Source: Oscillospiraceae bacterium (GTDB lineage Bacteria > Bacillota > Clostridia > Oscillospirales > JAKOTC01). Taken from it: 64,000 nucleotides of DNA. Shown piece by piece: positions 38,694-51,066 of this stretch. The notes beneath the pieces were generated by a model. That model did not search any database. It saw only the letters and a program-made list of their open reading frames with translations, and was not told where the DNA came from. Both the position numbers and the translations under genes were made by a program. Within the stretch, counting starts at the first letter, position 1, and each line of letters starts with the position of its first letter. Where the stretch lies: assembly GCA_035380125.1 (NCBI GenBank), contig DAOSWV010000002.1:73270-137269 (forward strand). Direction: 5' to 3'.

Positions 38694-39479
38694 TTATTGC
38701 TGTTCGATACCGCCGTAGTAGACGATGTCGATGCTGTTGATTACGACATCTTCGAGCGGCTTGTCGTTGCTGTCGGTTTTGACGACTGCAATTTTGTCGA
38801 CGGTCTCCATGCCGTAGAAGACAAAACCGAAGACGGTATGTTTATAATCGAGCGCCGGTGTTCCGCCGTACTGACGATAGACGTCAATGACCTGACTGGA
38901 AAAACGGGACGGAATCTGTTCCATCTGGGAAATCGTGTCATCAGAGACCGTATCAAGCTGGACGATAAAGAACTGGCTGCTGTTGGTGTTTGCATAACCG
39001 ATGTTGGCCATCGAGAGTGCGCCGCAGAAATTGCGGGCATCGGCGTTGAATTCATCATTAAAGTCCTGACCCCAAAAGCTGTCGCCGTAATAACCCGTTC
39101 CGGAGGGATCGCCGCCCTGAATCATGAAGTCTTCGATGACGCGGTGGAAGATGATGCCGTCATAATAGCCGCTGGTCGCAAGCTCTTTAAAGTTGGTCAC
39201 TGCGAGCGGCGCGGCGTCCGGGAAAAAGCGGATGCAGAGATCGCCCATAGAGGTGTGCATAACGGCGATTTCTTCGCCGAGTTCGGGCTCGCCGTAGAGA
39301 GCGAAGCCGTAGTCGAGGATTTTGCCGTTCGCTTCGGCCGGAAGCGTCACGGTCTCGGTGGCGTAGTCCTTATCCGAGCCGGAAGGCGTGCTGGTGTTTC
39401 CGCTGATTGTCACGGTTTTGTCACATCCCATTAAAAAAATAAAGAGAATCAGAGAGAGTGCAAAGAGTTTTTTTGCCAT
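38694..39479 (-). CDS. ppiB: Cyclophilin-type peptidyl-prolyl cis-trans isomerase lipoprotein
   Basis: Lipobox LILFIFLMGC, plus FHRVIEDFMIQGGDP and SMANIGYANTNSSQFFI. Confidence 0.88.
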   Translation of the reverse strand: MAKKLFALSLILFIFLMGCDKTVTISGNTSTPSGSDKDYATETVTLPAEANGKILDYGFALYGEPELGEEIAVMHTSMGDLCIRFFPDAAPLAVTNFKELATSGYYDGIIFHRVIEDFMIQGGDPSGTGYYGDSFWGQDFNDEFNADARNFCGALSMANIGYANTNSSQFFIVQLDTVSDDTISQMEQIPSRFSSQVIDVYRQYGGTPALDYKHTVFGFVFYGMETVDKIAVVKTDSNDKPLEDVVINSIDIVYYGGIEQQ

Positions 39480-39520
39480 GCTGATTGGTCATCCTTTCTG
39501 GGTTTTGCGTTTTTTATAAT

Positions 39521-41161
39521 CTAAGCGCCGAGAATGCGGTTGAGCTGCTCGCGCATGGTCAAAATAAATTCGTCGGTGCGAGGGTACTGCTCGAAAGTCA
39601 GTGTGCCGTCGGGATCAATTAGTTTCATTACCGTTTCTTTTCCGACTTTGGCTGCAGTGGCTTCGAGTGCACGCAGGTCGCACAGGGCTTCGTAAAAATG
39701 CAGGTAGTGCAGGGACAGAACCGGGCCGTCTTTTCCGGGATAGACCGAGAACGCGTCGCCCGCCGGGAAGATGCTGTCGCCGTCGGTATCGCGCCACGGG
39801 TCGAGCGGATGAATTGACAGGTGGGTGTTCCAGAAGTTATACCCCCACTGCAAAAATCCCGCGATGTCGTATTTGAACAACTGGCTTGCGATCACTCGGG
39901 TGCGCCGTCCGGGCATCGCAAGGAATCGGTTGCTGACTTTTTCGCCCTGACCGCAGCAGTAGTATACCCACAGATCGGGGACTTGCGCCGAGATGAATGC
40001 CTGGGCGTGATTGGTCGCGGCCACCGGTCTTTTCAGCAATCCCTCTTTATAATAATCCAAATTGCTGAGCGCGTCAATGATTTTTTCGGCCGGAACATAT
40101 TCCCTGATCAGTGCCGCACCGTCTTTAAAATTTTTAATCGAGGTCTCGTTGGGTTCGTCGGAGACGTGGAAAACGCAGTTTTCCCAGTTGCCGGAGTCCT
40201 TTAAATAGGCGGTCAAAGCTGCTAAAAACTGATGCAAAAACGATTTGTATTCGGGACCGTGCGCATCGGTTTCCCAACCGAAGATGCGGCGCGGTTTCCC
40301 GTCGGTTTGTGCGATAATTTTCGGCGCGCTTTTGGCGCCCCACTGGGTGAACAGATGGGAGATTTCGATATACTCCATGCCGGCACGCTTGGCGGTCTCA
40401 ATCCAGCGGGTGAGCAGCGTGAAATCAAATTCGTATTTACCGTCAGACAGTTTGACTCCGACCAGTTGAACGGTCGGGCGCTCGGTGCCGATACGGGTAT
40501 CGAGGGGAGGCGTGAAAACCGGCGTCAGAATCATATTCTGCCCGTGATCGGCGGCGGTTTTCATGTATTTTTCAATCAGCTTCCAATGCTTTTCGGAAAA
40601 GACGGGAACATCATAATACTGTGCGATGCAGTCGGAATGGAACCACTGGGTGTTGATCAGTTTTTGCTTGGGCAATTCAAAAGAAATTACATCAAGATCG
40701 AACTGAATGACGGTCAGTTCGCCGTGTTCGCTGTCGCCGAATGCAAACATCAGCTTGTGCGTACCGGGTTCGGGGCGAAATTTTGTTAGGTCAACGCTGA
40801 CCAGCAGCGAGCGCCACTCCTGATTGACCGCTGCGAGTTCACCGCCTTTTTCAAACGGGATCAATGCGTCGGGTAAAAGTCCCGGTGAACGGGTGATATA
40901 GTCGCCGTCGTCGACATTGGGATAGCAGGGAAGTTTGACGGGAACGAGCGCCACCTGATACAGCGTCACCGCTTCCGCGAGATCTCCTGCGACACCGACG
41001 TTATAATAGCCGCGCATCTCGGTATAGTTTTGTAGCGTATAGGCGATTTGGAAGGAGAATTTTTCTCCGTAACAAGCCGAAAATCGCTCAAAGCCGCCTT
41101 TGGGTTCGGCGTTGGGCAGGATTTTTTCAAGCGATGAGCAGGTTTTCAATAAGATCGGCAT
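39521..41161 (-). CDS. DUF4091/GH123-like putative glycoside hydrolase
   Basis: ~546 aa, cytoplasmic. Its resemblance to DUF4091 proteins is from memory and unverified. The start is set to the second ATG (41161, GAAAGG RBS) because the first ATG (41179) abuts a REP unit. Confidence 0.4.
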   Translation of the reverse strand: MPILLKTCSSLEKILPNAEPKGGFERFSACYGEKFSFQIAYTLQNYTEMRGYYNVGVAGDLAEAVTLYQVALVPVKLPCYPNVDDGDYITRSPGLLPDALIPFEKGGELAAVNQEWRSLLVSVDLTKFRPEPGTHKLMFAFGDSEHGELTVIQFDLDVISFELPKQKLINTQWFHSDCIAQYYDVPVFSEKHWKLIEKYMKTAADHGQNMILTPVFTPPLDTRIGTERPTVQLVGVKLSDGKYEFDFTLLTRWIETAKRAGMEYIEISHLFTQWGAKSAPKIIAQTDGKPRRIFGWETDAHGPEYKSFLHQFLAALTAYLKDSGNWENCVFHVSDEPNETSIKNFKDGAALIREYVPAEKIIDALSNLDYYKEGLLKRPVAATNHAQAFISAQVPDLWVYYCCGQGEKVSNRFLAMPGRRTRVIASQLFKYDIAGFLQWGYNFWNTHLSIHPLDPWRDTDGDSIFPAGDAFSVYPGKDGPVLSLHYLHFYEALCDLRALEATAAKVGKETVMKLIDPDGTLTFEQYPRTDEFILTMREQLNRILGA

Positions 41162-41180
41162 GGTGATGACCTTTCTCATT

Positions 41181-41299
41181 TGTAGGGAACGGTCTTGACC
41201 GTTCCGGGTGTCAGTTACAAATTTATAATCAAATCGTCAATGGTTTTTCAGATTGTAAAAACACGCCGAAAATACGGAACGGTCAAGACCGTTCCCTAC
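41181..41299. repeat. REPIN-like inverted doublet between secA and the downstream gene
   Basis: TGTAGGGAACGGTCTTGACCGTTCC lies at 41181-41205. GGAACGGTCAAGACCGTTCCCTAC lies at 41276-41299. A 70-bp spacer separates them. The right unit directly abuts the secA stop codon (41300-41302). Confidence 0.85.
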
Positions 41300-44068
<2,769 letters not shown>

Positions 44069-44312
44069 TTTATAATCTCCATTCCCATGCCGCAGGCGCG
44101 GCAAAAACGATGAAAAATTTGTTTTCGCAACGGTAAAAACAGCTGTGTTCCACAGCCTTTTGCATTATAGCACAACCGAATCAAAAAATAAAGTCGCCGG
44201 CGAGTCGCCGGTGACAAACGCGTCGAAGAATCTGCTCCACATAAGCGTGATAGCGCGCGCTGCCAACCTTGGTACAAATCCCACGGGAAACGATCTCGCG
44301 CGGACACCCGAA

Positions 44313-44371
44313 AATTCCCCTCTTTGGAGGGGTGGCATGAACGTCCGCAGGATGTTCATGACGGGGTGGTC
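44313..44371 (+). repeat. Repeat unit AATTCCCCTCT ... GGGGTGGTC (see 35434-35511)
   Basis: Contains hairpins CCCCTC-tttg-GAGGGG and CATGAAC...GTTCATG. Confidence 0.55.
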
Positions 44372-44400
44372 ACAAACTTGAACCTGTTATCCTGCCGAGG

Positions 44401-44429
44401 TTGCAATTGTGCGGGCGGAATGGTAAAAT
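44401..44429 (+). promoter_or_regulatory. polA promoter
   Basis: TTGCAA (44401-44406), 17-nt spacer, TAAAAT (44424-44429). Confidence 0.55.
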
Positions 44430-44460
44430 AAGTTCGAACTTTTTAAGGGGGGGATCGGCC

Positions 44461-46815
44461 TTGATTCTTGTCGTCGACGGAAACAGCATTATCAACAGGG
44501 CTTTTTACGGCATCAAGCTGCTCACGACCAAGGACGGCCGGTTTACCAACGCCGTCTACGGCTTTTTGAATATGCTCGACGCCATCCGCGAACAGGTCAA
44601 GCCCGACGGCATCGCGGTCGCGTTCGACATGCGCGGCAAGACCTTCCGCCACGAGATGTACGAGCCCTATAAAGCCGGACGAAAAGGCATGCCCGAAGAA
44701 CTTGCCGCGCAGCTGCCTGTGACCAAAGAGGTATTGGCGGCACTCGGCTGCGAAATCGTGACTTGCCCGGGTTTCGAAGCCGACGATATTTTAGGCGCGT
44801 ATGCTGCCGCCTGCGAACAGGCCGGTGAACCGTGCGTGATCGCGACCGGCGACCGCGACAGTTTACAGCTGGTGCGTCCCAATGTGTCTGTCAGGATCGC
44901 CAAGACCACAATGGGTGCGGCGGACTCGGTATTATATGATGAGCAAAAAATCCAAGAGGAATACGGCGTGCCGCCCAAAGCGCTGATCGATGTCAAGGCG
45001 CTGGCGGGTGACAGCTCCGACAATATCCCGGGCGTCGCCGGCGTCGGTCCCAAAACCGCCTGCGACCTGATCGCGAAATTCGGTTCGCTGGACGGGGTCT
45101 ATGAACACCTCGAAAGCCCCGACATCAAGGACGGCGTACGCAAAAAGCTGACCGAGAGCCGCGAAAACGCCTATATTTCAAAAAAACTGGGCACCATCGT
45201 GACCGATCTGCCGCTGAAGATCAATCTGGATGAGCTGAAAGCCCGAAAACGTGATGATACGAAACTGCATGCGCTGTTTGTCGAGTTGGAATTTTTCAAA
45301 CTGCTGAAAAAATACGGGCTGGAGAACGTGGCCGCCGAAACGCCGGCTGCGGTGAAAACAACCGTTGAAGTGAAACGCGACAGCCGGGATATTTATGATC
45401 TTAAAGATTATCACAAACAACATTTGGACGAGGTTTTGCCCGAAAATATCTTCGATCCGATGCTGGCGGCCTATCTGATCAACCCGCTGGCCTCAAATTA
45501 TGCCCTCGACCGCCTGCTGACCGAATACGGCTGCGGAGAGGATGGGTTTGATCTGCTGTGTCAAGTGCTGTCCGACAAGGTGGATGACATGGGTATGACG
45601 CCGCTGCTGCGCAATATCGAACAGCCGCTGGCGGTGGTTCTCGGCGATATGGAAATCGCGGGGATCCGGGTCGAAAAAGAGGGGCTTGAGCGGTACGGCG
45701 CGGAGATGACACAAAAAGCCGAAACCGTGAAGCAGGAGATTTACGAGCTGGCGGGTGAGGAATTCAACATCGGCTCGCCCAAGCAGTTATCCTATATCTT
45801 ATTTGAAAAACTGGGGCTGCCGACCGCCCGCAAGACCAAGAGCGGCTACAGCACCGACGCCGACGTATTGGCCAATTTAGCGCCGGAAAATCCCATCGTC
45901 GAAAAGGTATTATTGTACCGCCAATACACCAAACTGATCTCGACTTACTGCGAGGGGCTGGCCAAGGAGATCGCGGAGGACGGACGGATTCACACGACTT
46001 TTATTCAGACCGAGACCCGCACCGGACGCATCAGCAGCGCGGAACCGAACTTGCAGAATATCCCCGTGCGGACCGAACTCGGGCGGCAGCTGCGCGAATT
46101 TTTTGTCGCAGAGCCGGGGTATGTGCTGCTTGACGCCGACTACTCTCAGATCGAACTGCGCGTGTTGGCGGCGGTGGCGGGCGACGAGAACATGAAAGCC
46201 GCGTTTGCAAGCGGGTTGGACATTCACACCAAGACGGCTTCGGAAGTTTTCGGGTTACCGGAAGTGATGATCAATTCCACGCTGCGCAGCCGCGCCAAGG
46301 CCGTCAATTTCGGCATTGTGTACGGAATCGGCGCCTACTCGCTGTCGCGTGACATCGGGGTCACGGTGGCCGAAGCCGACCGATACATCAAGAATTATCT
46401 GGCCGCATACCCGGCCATTGCCGAGTTTTTAACCGACACGGTCGAACAGGCCAAAAAGGACGGATTCGTCTCGACCTATTTCGGACGGCGCAGACCGCTG
46501 CCGGAACTCGGTTCGTCCAATATGAATATCCGCAATTTCGGCGAGCGGGCAGCCAAGAACACAGCCATTCAGGGAACCGCCGCCGACATCATCAAAATTG
46601 CGATGATTCGGGTGGCAAAACGCTTAAAGGACGAGGGATTAAAAGCACGGTTGATTTTACAGATTCACGACGAACTGATTGTCGAAGCGCCGACGGATGA
46701 GGCGGATTTTGCCGCCGTGATTTTAAAAGAGGAGATGGAGCGCGCCGCAGAACTCGGCGTTTCGTTGGCCGCCGACGTCTCAAGCGGACAAAACTGGCTG
46801 CAAGCGAAAAATTGA
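44461..46815 (+). CDS. polA: DNA polymerase I (5' nuclease + polymerase domains; vestigial 3'-5' exonuclease region)
   Basis: LILVVDGNSIINRAFYG is the 5'-nuclease N-terminus. Pol A motifs DYSQIELRVLA and QIHDELIVE are present. The start is TTG 44461 after a G-rich RBS. Confidence 0.92.
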   Translation: MILVVDGNSIINRAFYGIKLLTTKDGRFTNAVYGFLNMLDAIREQVKPDGIAVAFDMRGKTFRHEMYEPYKAGRKGMPEELAAQLPVTKEVLAALGCEIVTCPGFEADDILGAYAAACEQAGEPCVIATGDRDSLQLVRPNVSVRIAKTTMGAADSVLYDEQKIQEEYGVPPKALIDVKALAGDSSDNIPGVAGVGPKTACDLIAKFGSLDGVYEHLESPDIKDGVRKKLTESRENAYISKKLGTIVTDLPLKINLDELKARKRDDTKLHALFVELEFFKLLKKYGLENVAAETPAAVKTTVEVKRDSRDIYDLKDYHKQHLDEVLPENIFDPMLAAYLINPLASNYALDRLLTEYGCGEDGFDLLCQVLSDKVDDMGMTPLLRNIEQPLAVVLGDMEIAGIRVEKEGLERYGAEMTQKAETVKQEIYELAGEEFNIGSPKQLSYILFEKLGLPTARKTKSGYSTDADVLANLAPENPIVEKVLLYRQYTKLISTYCEGLAKEIAEDGRIHTTFIQTETRTGRISSAEPNLQNIPVRTELGRQLREFFVAEPGYVLLDADYSQIELRVLAAVAGDENMKAAFASGLDIHTKTASEVFGLPEVMINSTLRSRAKAVNFGIVYGIGAYSLSRDIGVTVAEADRYIKNYLAAYPAIAEFLTDTVEQAKKDGFVSTYFGRRRPLPELGSSNMNIRNFGERAAKNTAIQGTAADIIKIAMIRVAKRLKDEGLKARLILQIHDELIVEAPTDEADFAAVILKEEMERAAELGVSLAADVSSGQNWLQAKN

Positions 46816-46834
46816 TTTTAACAGAGGTATTAGT

Positions 46835-47260
46835 ATGAATGTTTTATTTGTCTGCACGGGCAACACCTGCCGCAGTCCGATGGCGGAGGCTTTTGCGCAG
46901 GAATATGCGAAAAAACACGGTCTTGACGTGATGTGCAAAAGCGCGGGACTGGCTGCGTTTGAAAGCGATACGGTCAGCGATAATGCCGTCGCGGTGCTGG
47001 CTGCCGAGAGGTTAAACGCCGTCACCACCCAGCCGATTCGCTTCACAAGAGAACTGGGCGCGTGGGCCGACGCGATCTATGTGATGAGTGAACAGCACCT
47101 CGATTTTATCAAGATGCGGTTTTCGGAATTTGCAGGTAAGACCAAACTGCTGGGCGACGGGATTCCCGACCCCTACGGCAAGGATTTGGACGCCTATTCC
47201 GAGTGTTACCGGCAGCTGAAGACCCATATCAAGAGGATTTTTGATGAACTCGGACATTGA
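46835..47260 (+). CDS. ywlE: Low-molecular-weight protein phosphatase (YwlE-like arginine/tyrosine phosphatase)
   Basis: 141 aa with the VLFVCTGNTCRSPMAE P-loop and DPYG. Confidence 0.8.
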   Translation: MNVLFVCTGNTCRSPMAEAFAQEYAKKHGLDVMCKSAGLAAFESDTVSDNAVAVLAAERLNAVTTQPIRFTRELGAWADAIYVMSEQHLDFIKMRFSEFAGKTKLLGDGIPDPYGKDLDAYSECYRQLKTHIKRIFDELGH

Positions 47261-47699
47261 GGTCAAAACGCTTGCGCCGGAATTTTATCAGGCGGTTTAC
47301 GAGTTGGAAAACGCGGTTTTTTCGTCACCTCGTTCTTTATCAATGATTAAAGAGGACGCAGAGAATCCGCGCGCGGTGTTTTTAGCGGGGTTTTGTGACG
47401 GCGCATTTGCCGGATACGGCGCATTTGGGTATGTTTTGGACGAGGGGTATATCGGCAATATCGCGGTGTGTCCGGCGTTTCGGCGGCGCGGCGTCGCCTC
47501 GGCGATTTTGGACGAATTCGACCGAAAGGCTAAAGTACTTGGGCTGCGGTTTTTATCGCTTGAAGTGCGTGCCAGAAACAGCGCGGCTATTTCATTATAC
47601 GAAAAGCACGGATATGTAAAAATGGGTCTGCGCAAGGGGTTTTATGTCAAACCCGACGACGACGGGCTGATTTATACGAAGGAGTATCCGGGGCAGTAA
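47241..47699 (+). CDS. rimI: Ribosomal-protein-alanine N-acetyltransferase
   Basis: GNAT motif IAVCPAFRRRGVASAIL. Its position immediately upstream of tsaD is the conserved rimI-tsaD arrangement. Confidence 0.75.
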   Translation: MMNSDIEVKTLAPEFYQAVYELENAVFSSPRSLSMIKEDAENPRAVFLAGFCDGAFAGYGAFGYVLDEGYIGNIAVCPAFRRRGVASAILDEFDRKAKVLGLRFLSLEVRARNSAAISLYEKHGYVKMGLRKGFYVKPDDDGLIYTKEYPGQ

Positions 47700-47730
47700 T
47701 GGCAGAAAAGCCGTAAACCATAATCAGTCC

Positions 47731-47781
47731 GAGATTCTTCGCTGCACTCAGAATGACAGAGCCGCTTGCGCTCGGAATGAC
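47731..47781 (+). repeat. Intergenic repeat unit GAGATTCTTCGCT...CTCAGAATGA...CTCGGAATGA
   Basis: Same family as 32798-32844. It lies between rimI and tsaD. Confidence 0.7.
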
Positions 47782-47811
47782 AAACTACAGTGACGGAAAG
47801 ATGGTACATCA

Positions 47812-48852
47812 ATGAGGATATTGGCGATTGAGAGCTCCTGTGATGAGACCGCCGCCGCGGTCGTGGAAAACGGCCGGACGGTGCTTTCTTCGCTTGTCAA
47901 CTCGCAGGTCGCGGAACACGCGCAATACGGCGGCGTCGTGCCCGAGATCGCCTCGCGCAGACACGTCGAAAATATCGGCGGGTTGGTGAGAGGCGCCCTG
48001 GAAAAAGCAAATATGACACTCGCGGAGGTCGACGCGGTGGCGGTGACCTGCTGCCCGGGGTTGATCGGTGCGCTGCTCGTCGGCGTCAATTTCGCCAAGG
48101 GACTGGCATTTTCCGCGGGAAAACCGTTGATCGGCGTGCATCACATCCGCGGACATGTGGCAGCAAACTATATCGCATATCCCGAACTCAAACCGCCGTT
48201 TTTTGCCCTGATCGTCTCCGGCGGGCACACGGTCATCGCAAGAGTAAAAGATTATACGAAATTCGAGATTGTCGGAACGACCCGCGACGATGCGGCGGGA
48301 GAGGCGTTTGACAAAGCTGCGCGGGTGTTGGGGTTTCCGTATCCGGGCGGGATTTATATCGACAGGGCGGCAAAGACAGGCAACCCGCATGCTTATAAAC
48401 TGCCGATGCCGATGATTGATGGGCATCCGTATGATTTTTCATTTTCGGGTTTGAAAACCGCTGTGATCAATCTGGCGCACAACGCGGAGCAAAAGGGCGA
48501 ATCCCTGAACCCGGACGACCTTGCTGCGAGTTTTCAGCACACCGCCGTGACGATGTTATGCGACCGGTTTTTCGCGGCAGCCGAACAATACGGAGAGAAA
48601 AAGTTGGTGCTTGCGGGCGGTGTCGCGGCTAATTCGGGGCTGAGAAGCGAACTGCAAAAACACGCTTCGGCTGGCGGATATGAGCTGTTTATTCCGCCGC
48701 TTTCGCTGTGCGGCGACAATGCGGCGATGATCGGCGCACAGGCCTACTATGAGTTTTTGGCGGGCAATATCGCCGACAACACCCTGAACGGAACGGCGTA
48801 TATGTCGATTGATTATGAAAGTGGGTCGAAACAATGGAAAACATCGTTGTGA
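47812..48852 (+). CDS. tsaD: tRNA N6-adenosine threonylcarbamoyltransferase
   Basis: MRILAIESSCDETAAAV, GVHHIRGH and GGVAANS motifs. Confidence 0.93.
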   Translation: MRILAIESSCDETAAAVVENGRTVLSSLVNSQVAEHAQYGGVVPEIASRRHVENIGGLVRGALEKANMTLAEVDAVAVTCCPGLIGALLVGVNFAKGLAFSAGKPLIGVHHIRGHVAANYIAYPELKPPFFALIVSGGHTVIARVKDYTKFEIVGTTRDDAAGEAFDKAARVLGFPYPGGIYIDRAAKTGNPHAYKLPMPMIDGHPYDFSFSGLKTAVINLAHNAEQKGESLNPDDLAASFQHTAVTMLCDRFFAAAEQYGEKKLVLAGGVAANSGLRSELQKHASAGGYELFIPPLSLCGDNAAMIGAQAYYEFLAGNIADNTLNGTAYMSIDYESGSKQWKTSL

Positions 48853-49502
48853 TCGGAGCAATGGCGGGTGAGATCAAGCCGCTGATCGAACTGCTCGGCG
48901 CGAGAAAAACGCGCAACGGCGACTGGAGCAAGGGGAACATTAAAATCTGCCACTCCGGGGTCGCCAAGGTGAACGCGGCGATTACGGCACAGCGGGCGAT
49001 TGATACTTATAAACCGAAGTTTATTTTGAATATCGGCATCAGCGGCGCACTGGACCCGTCGCTTAAAATCGGAGAAATCGTGGTCTGCGGGGCTTTTTCG
49101 TATCACGATGTTGCACCCGACGAGATTTTCGCCAACCACCCAACCCTTGGCGGCGAGCGCAAAGCCGATGAAAAACTGGCCGAAAAGGCCCTTGCCGCCT
49201 GTAAAACGCTGGGATTTTTATACCGAACAGGCAAGGCGGTCAGCGGCGACCAGATTATCTTTGACGCAAATCACGCGAAAAAATTGTTTGAAAAGGGCGG
49301 CACGGTCGTCGATATGGAGAGCGGTGCGCTGTCGCATACCTGCCTCGTCAATCAGGTGCCGTTCTGCGCGGTGCGGGCGGTGTCGGATTTCGCCGACGAA
49401 AACGCCCTGTCAGAAATGGAGCGGCAGGAACATATTTTAGCGGTGAAACTGGCGCGGGTTGCGATGGAGATGCTGTATGAAAGCCGTATTACGATAAAAT
49501 AA
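48834..49502 (+). CDS. mtnN: 5'-methylthioadenosine/S-adenosylhomocysteine nucleosidase
   Basis: 222 aa with VVIGAMAGEI, GISGAL, VDMESGAL and RAVSDFADE. Confidence 0.85.
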   Translation: MENIVVIGAMAGEIKPLIELLGARKTRNGDWSKGNIKICHSGVAKVNAAITAQRAIDTYKPKFILNIGISGALDPSLKIGEIVVCGAFSYHDVAPDEIFANHPTLGGERKADEKLAEKALAACKTLGFLYRTGKAVSGDQIIFDANHAKKLFEKGGTVVDMESGALSHTCLVNQVPFCAVRAVSDFADENALSEMERQEHILAVKLARVAMEMLYESRITIK

Positions 49503-49543
49503 TTCGTATCAATTCATATAAAGAGGAAGATGAAAGGGTAAAA

Positions 49544-49999
49544 ATGATAAAACTGATCGGTGTGAATGAAGATAATTGGATTGAAATCGTAAAATTGAGC
49601 GTTACGGATAAACAAAAGAACTTCCTTGACAGTCCGATCGGAATTATTGCGCGGGGATATGTATATAGAAATCAGAATGCAAGAGTTCTGGGAATCGCAG
49701 AGAACGGTCAAATCATAGGGGTCGCTTTGGTAAAGGATTTGGATGAAGAACCTGCTTGCTATGATCTTCAGCAATTTATGATTGATCAATGTTTTCAGAA
49801 TAAAGGATACGGAACCGAGGCGCTTCAACAGCTCTTGATCATGCTTGGCAAAGAAAGGAAATATCAATGCGTTGAGGTTTGCGTCAATAAAACGGATATT
49901 TCTGCGCTTCGTATGTATGAGAAGGTGGGATTTCAAGACACAGGATATATTGATGATAATTGTCCGGATTGCCTGAACCTGATGTATTATTTCGATTGA
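49544..49999 (+). CDS. GNAT family N-acetyltransferase (AT-richer than its neighbours by eye)
   Basis: 151 aa with the QNKGYGTEALQQLL motif. Confidence 0.7.
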   Translation: MIKLIGVNEDNWIEIVKLSVTDKQKNFLDSPIGIIARGYVYRNQNARVLGIAENGQIIGVALVKDLDEEPACYDLQQFMIDQCFQNKGYGTEALQQLLIMLGKERKYQCVEVCVNKTDISALRMYEKVGFQDTGYIDDNCPDCLNLMYYFD

Positions 50000-50066
50000 T
50001 TAAGCGGTAAAACCGGCGGAAATCGCATGGATTTACTACGGGCATAGCGTACAGAACAAAGAAAAA

Positions 50067-50987
50067 TTAGATTTTATCCGGTCTTTCGATCTGATCACTG
50101 CCGGGTGCCGATTTCCTTCGCTGCAAGTGTTCGATCAGCATATTGACGCCGACACCCGCAGAAACCACCAGTCCCCCGAAAAAAGTCATCCAAGAGTAGC
50201 CTTGTTTTGTGATTAAATCCAGAACGATTCCCGCAAAGACCTGTCCGATGAACGCCAGCAGCGTCAGTCGGAACGAAGGGATTTTCGGCACAATGATGTT
50301 GAAAACAAGCACGATGATCACGCCGAATATGCCGCCGAGATAAATCCACCAGTGGGAGGATAAGGTAAAACCGTTAAAAACGGCATCACTTCTACCCAGC
50401 AAAAAGAGTGCGGCCACGGTGACGGGAAGCCCGACGATATGGTTGATATAAGAACCTCTCAGGGCGCCGGTGTGTTGTGCCAACCCGCCGTTGACCGTGC
50501 GTGACAGCACAACGGTGACGCCTCCGAAAAATGAAAAAGCGACCGCGTACAGCGCATTTACGGCGCTCTGATTCAACATCATGAAAATCCCCACGGCGGC
50601 AAAGGCGAGTCCGATCAGCGTCGATTTTTTAAAAGGGTATTTTCGCATGCCGAACAGACCGAAATTGTCGATGAGCAGCGAAGTGACGGTTTGTCCCAAA
50701 AGTCCCAATGCGACGATGCCCGTCAAACTGATTTTGCCGTAGGCAAAGTTATAAAAAGCGGTCGTCAATACGCCGATTGCACCGCCGGTATAAAGCCACC
50801 AGGTGATTTTTTGGGGGAATGCGATAGGTTGGCGCTTGACAATCAAAAGCAGAAAAGCAAAGGCACTGCCGATAATATGGATGATGACAGCCGCGCCGAA
50901 TACCCCGTATTGAGTTGTTAAACCGCCGTTGACCGCAACCATCACGGCGACGATCATGCCGGTCAGCAGTGACAACAGATCAAACAT
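50067..50987 (-). CDS. DMT-superfamily membrane protein, duplicated YdcZ/DUF606 type
   Basis: Ten predicted TM segments. GQTVTSLLIDNFGLFG and GQVFAGIVLD are repeats typical of YdcZ. The start is set to MFDLLSL (50987, AGGAGG RBS). Confidence 0.6.
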   Translation of the reverse strand: MFDLLSLLTGMIVAVMVAVNGGLTTQYGVFGAAVIIHIIGSAFAFLLLIVKRQPIAFPQKITWWLYTGGAIGVLTTAFYNFAYGKISLTGIVALGLLGQTVTSLLIDNFGLFGMRKYPFKKSTLIGLAFAAVGIFMMLNQSAVNALYAVAFSFFGGVTVVLSRTVNGGLAQHTGALRGSYINHIVGLPVTVAALFLLGRSDAVFNGFTLSSHWWIYLGGIFGVIIVLVFNIIVPKIPSFRLTLLAFIGQVFAGIVLDLITKQGYSWMTFFGGLVVSAGVGVNMLIEHLQRRKSAPGSDQIERPDKI

Positions 50988-51066
50988 AACGTCACCTCCT
51001 GCAATTTGTTGACAGCGGGGAATTGACCCGCCGCGCACAGAATTTTTATTTCAAACAGGAACGGTA

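Noticed and set aside
44141-44165. Hairpin GCTGTG-gaa-CACAGC followed by a U-run at the very 5' end of the putative secA leader (minus strand); possible attenuator.
   Set aside because: The stem is only 6 bp and the promoter assignment (TGcTATAAT without a clear -35) is uncertain. It could equally be a 5' stabilising hairpin. This is too weak to report as a feature.
44461-46815. PolA is short (~785 aa), with only ~110 aa between the 5'-nuclease and polymerase domains. Is it a novel truncated polymerase?
   Set aside because: Vestigial or missing 3'-5' exonuclease domains are common in Firmicutes and Thermus-type Pol I enzymes. The polymerase motifs are intact, so this is not unusual.
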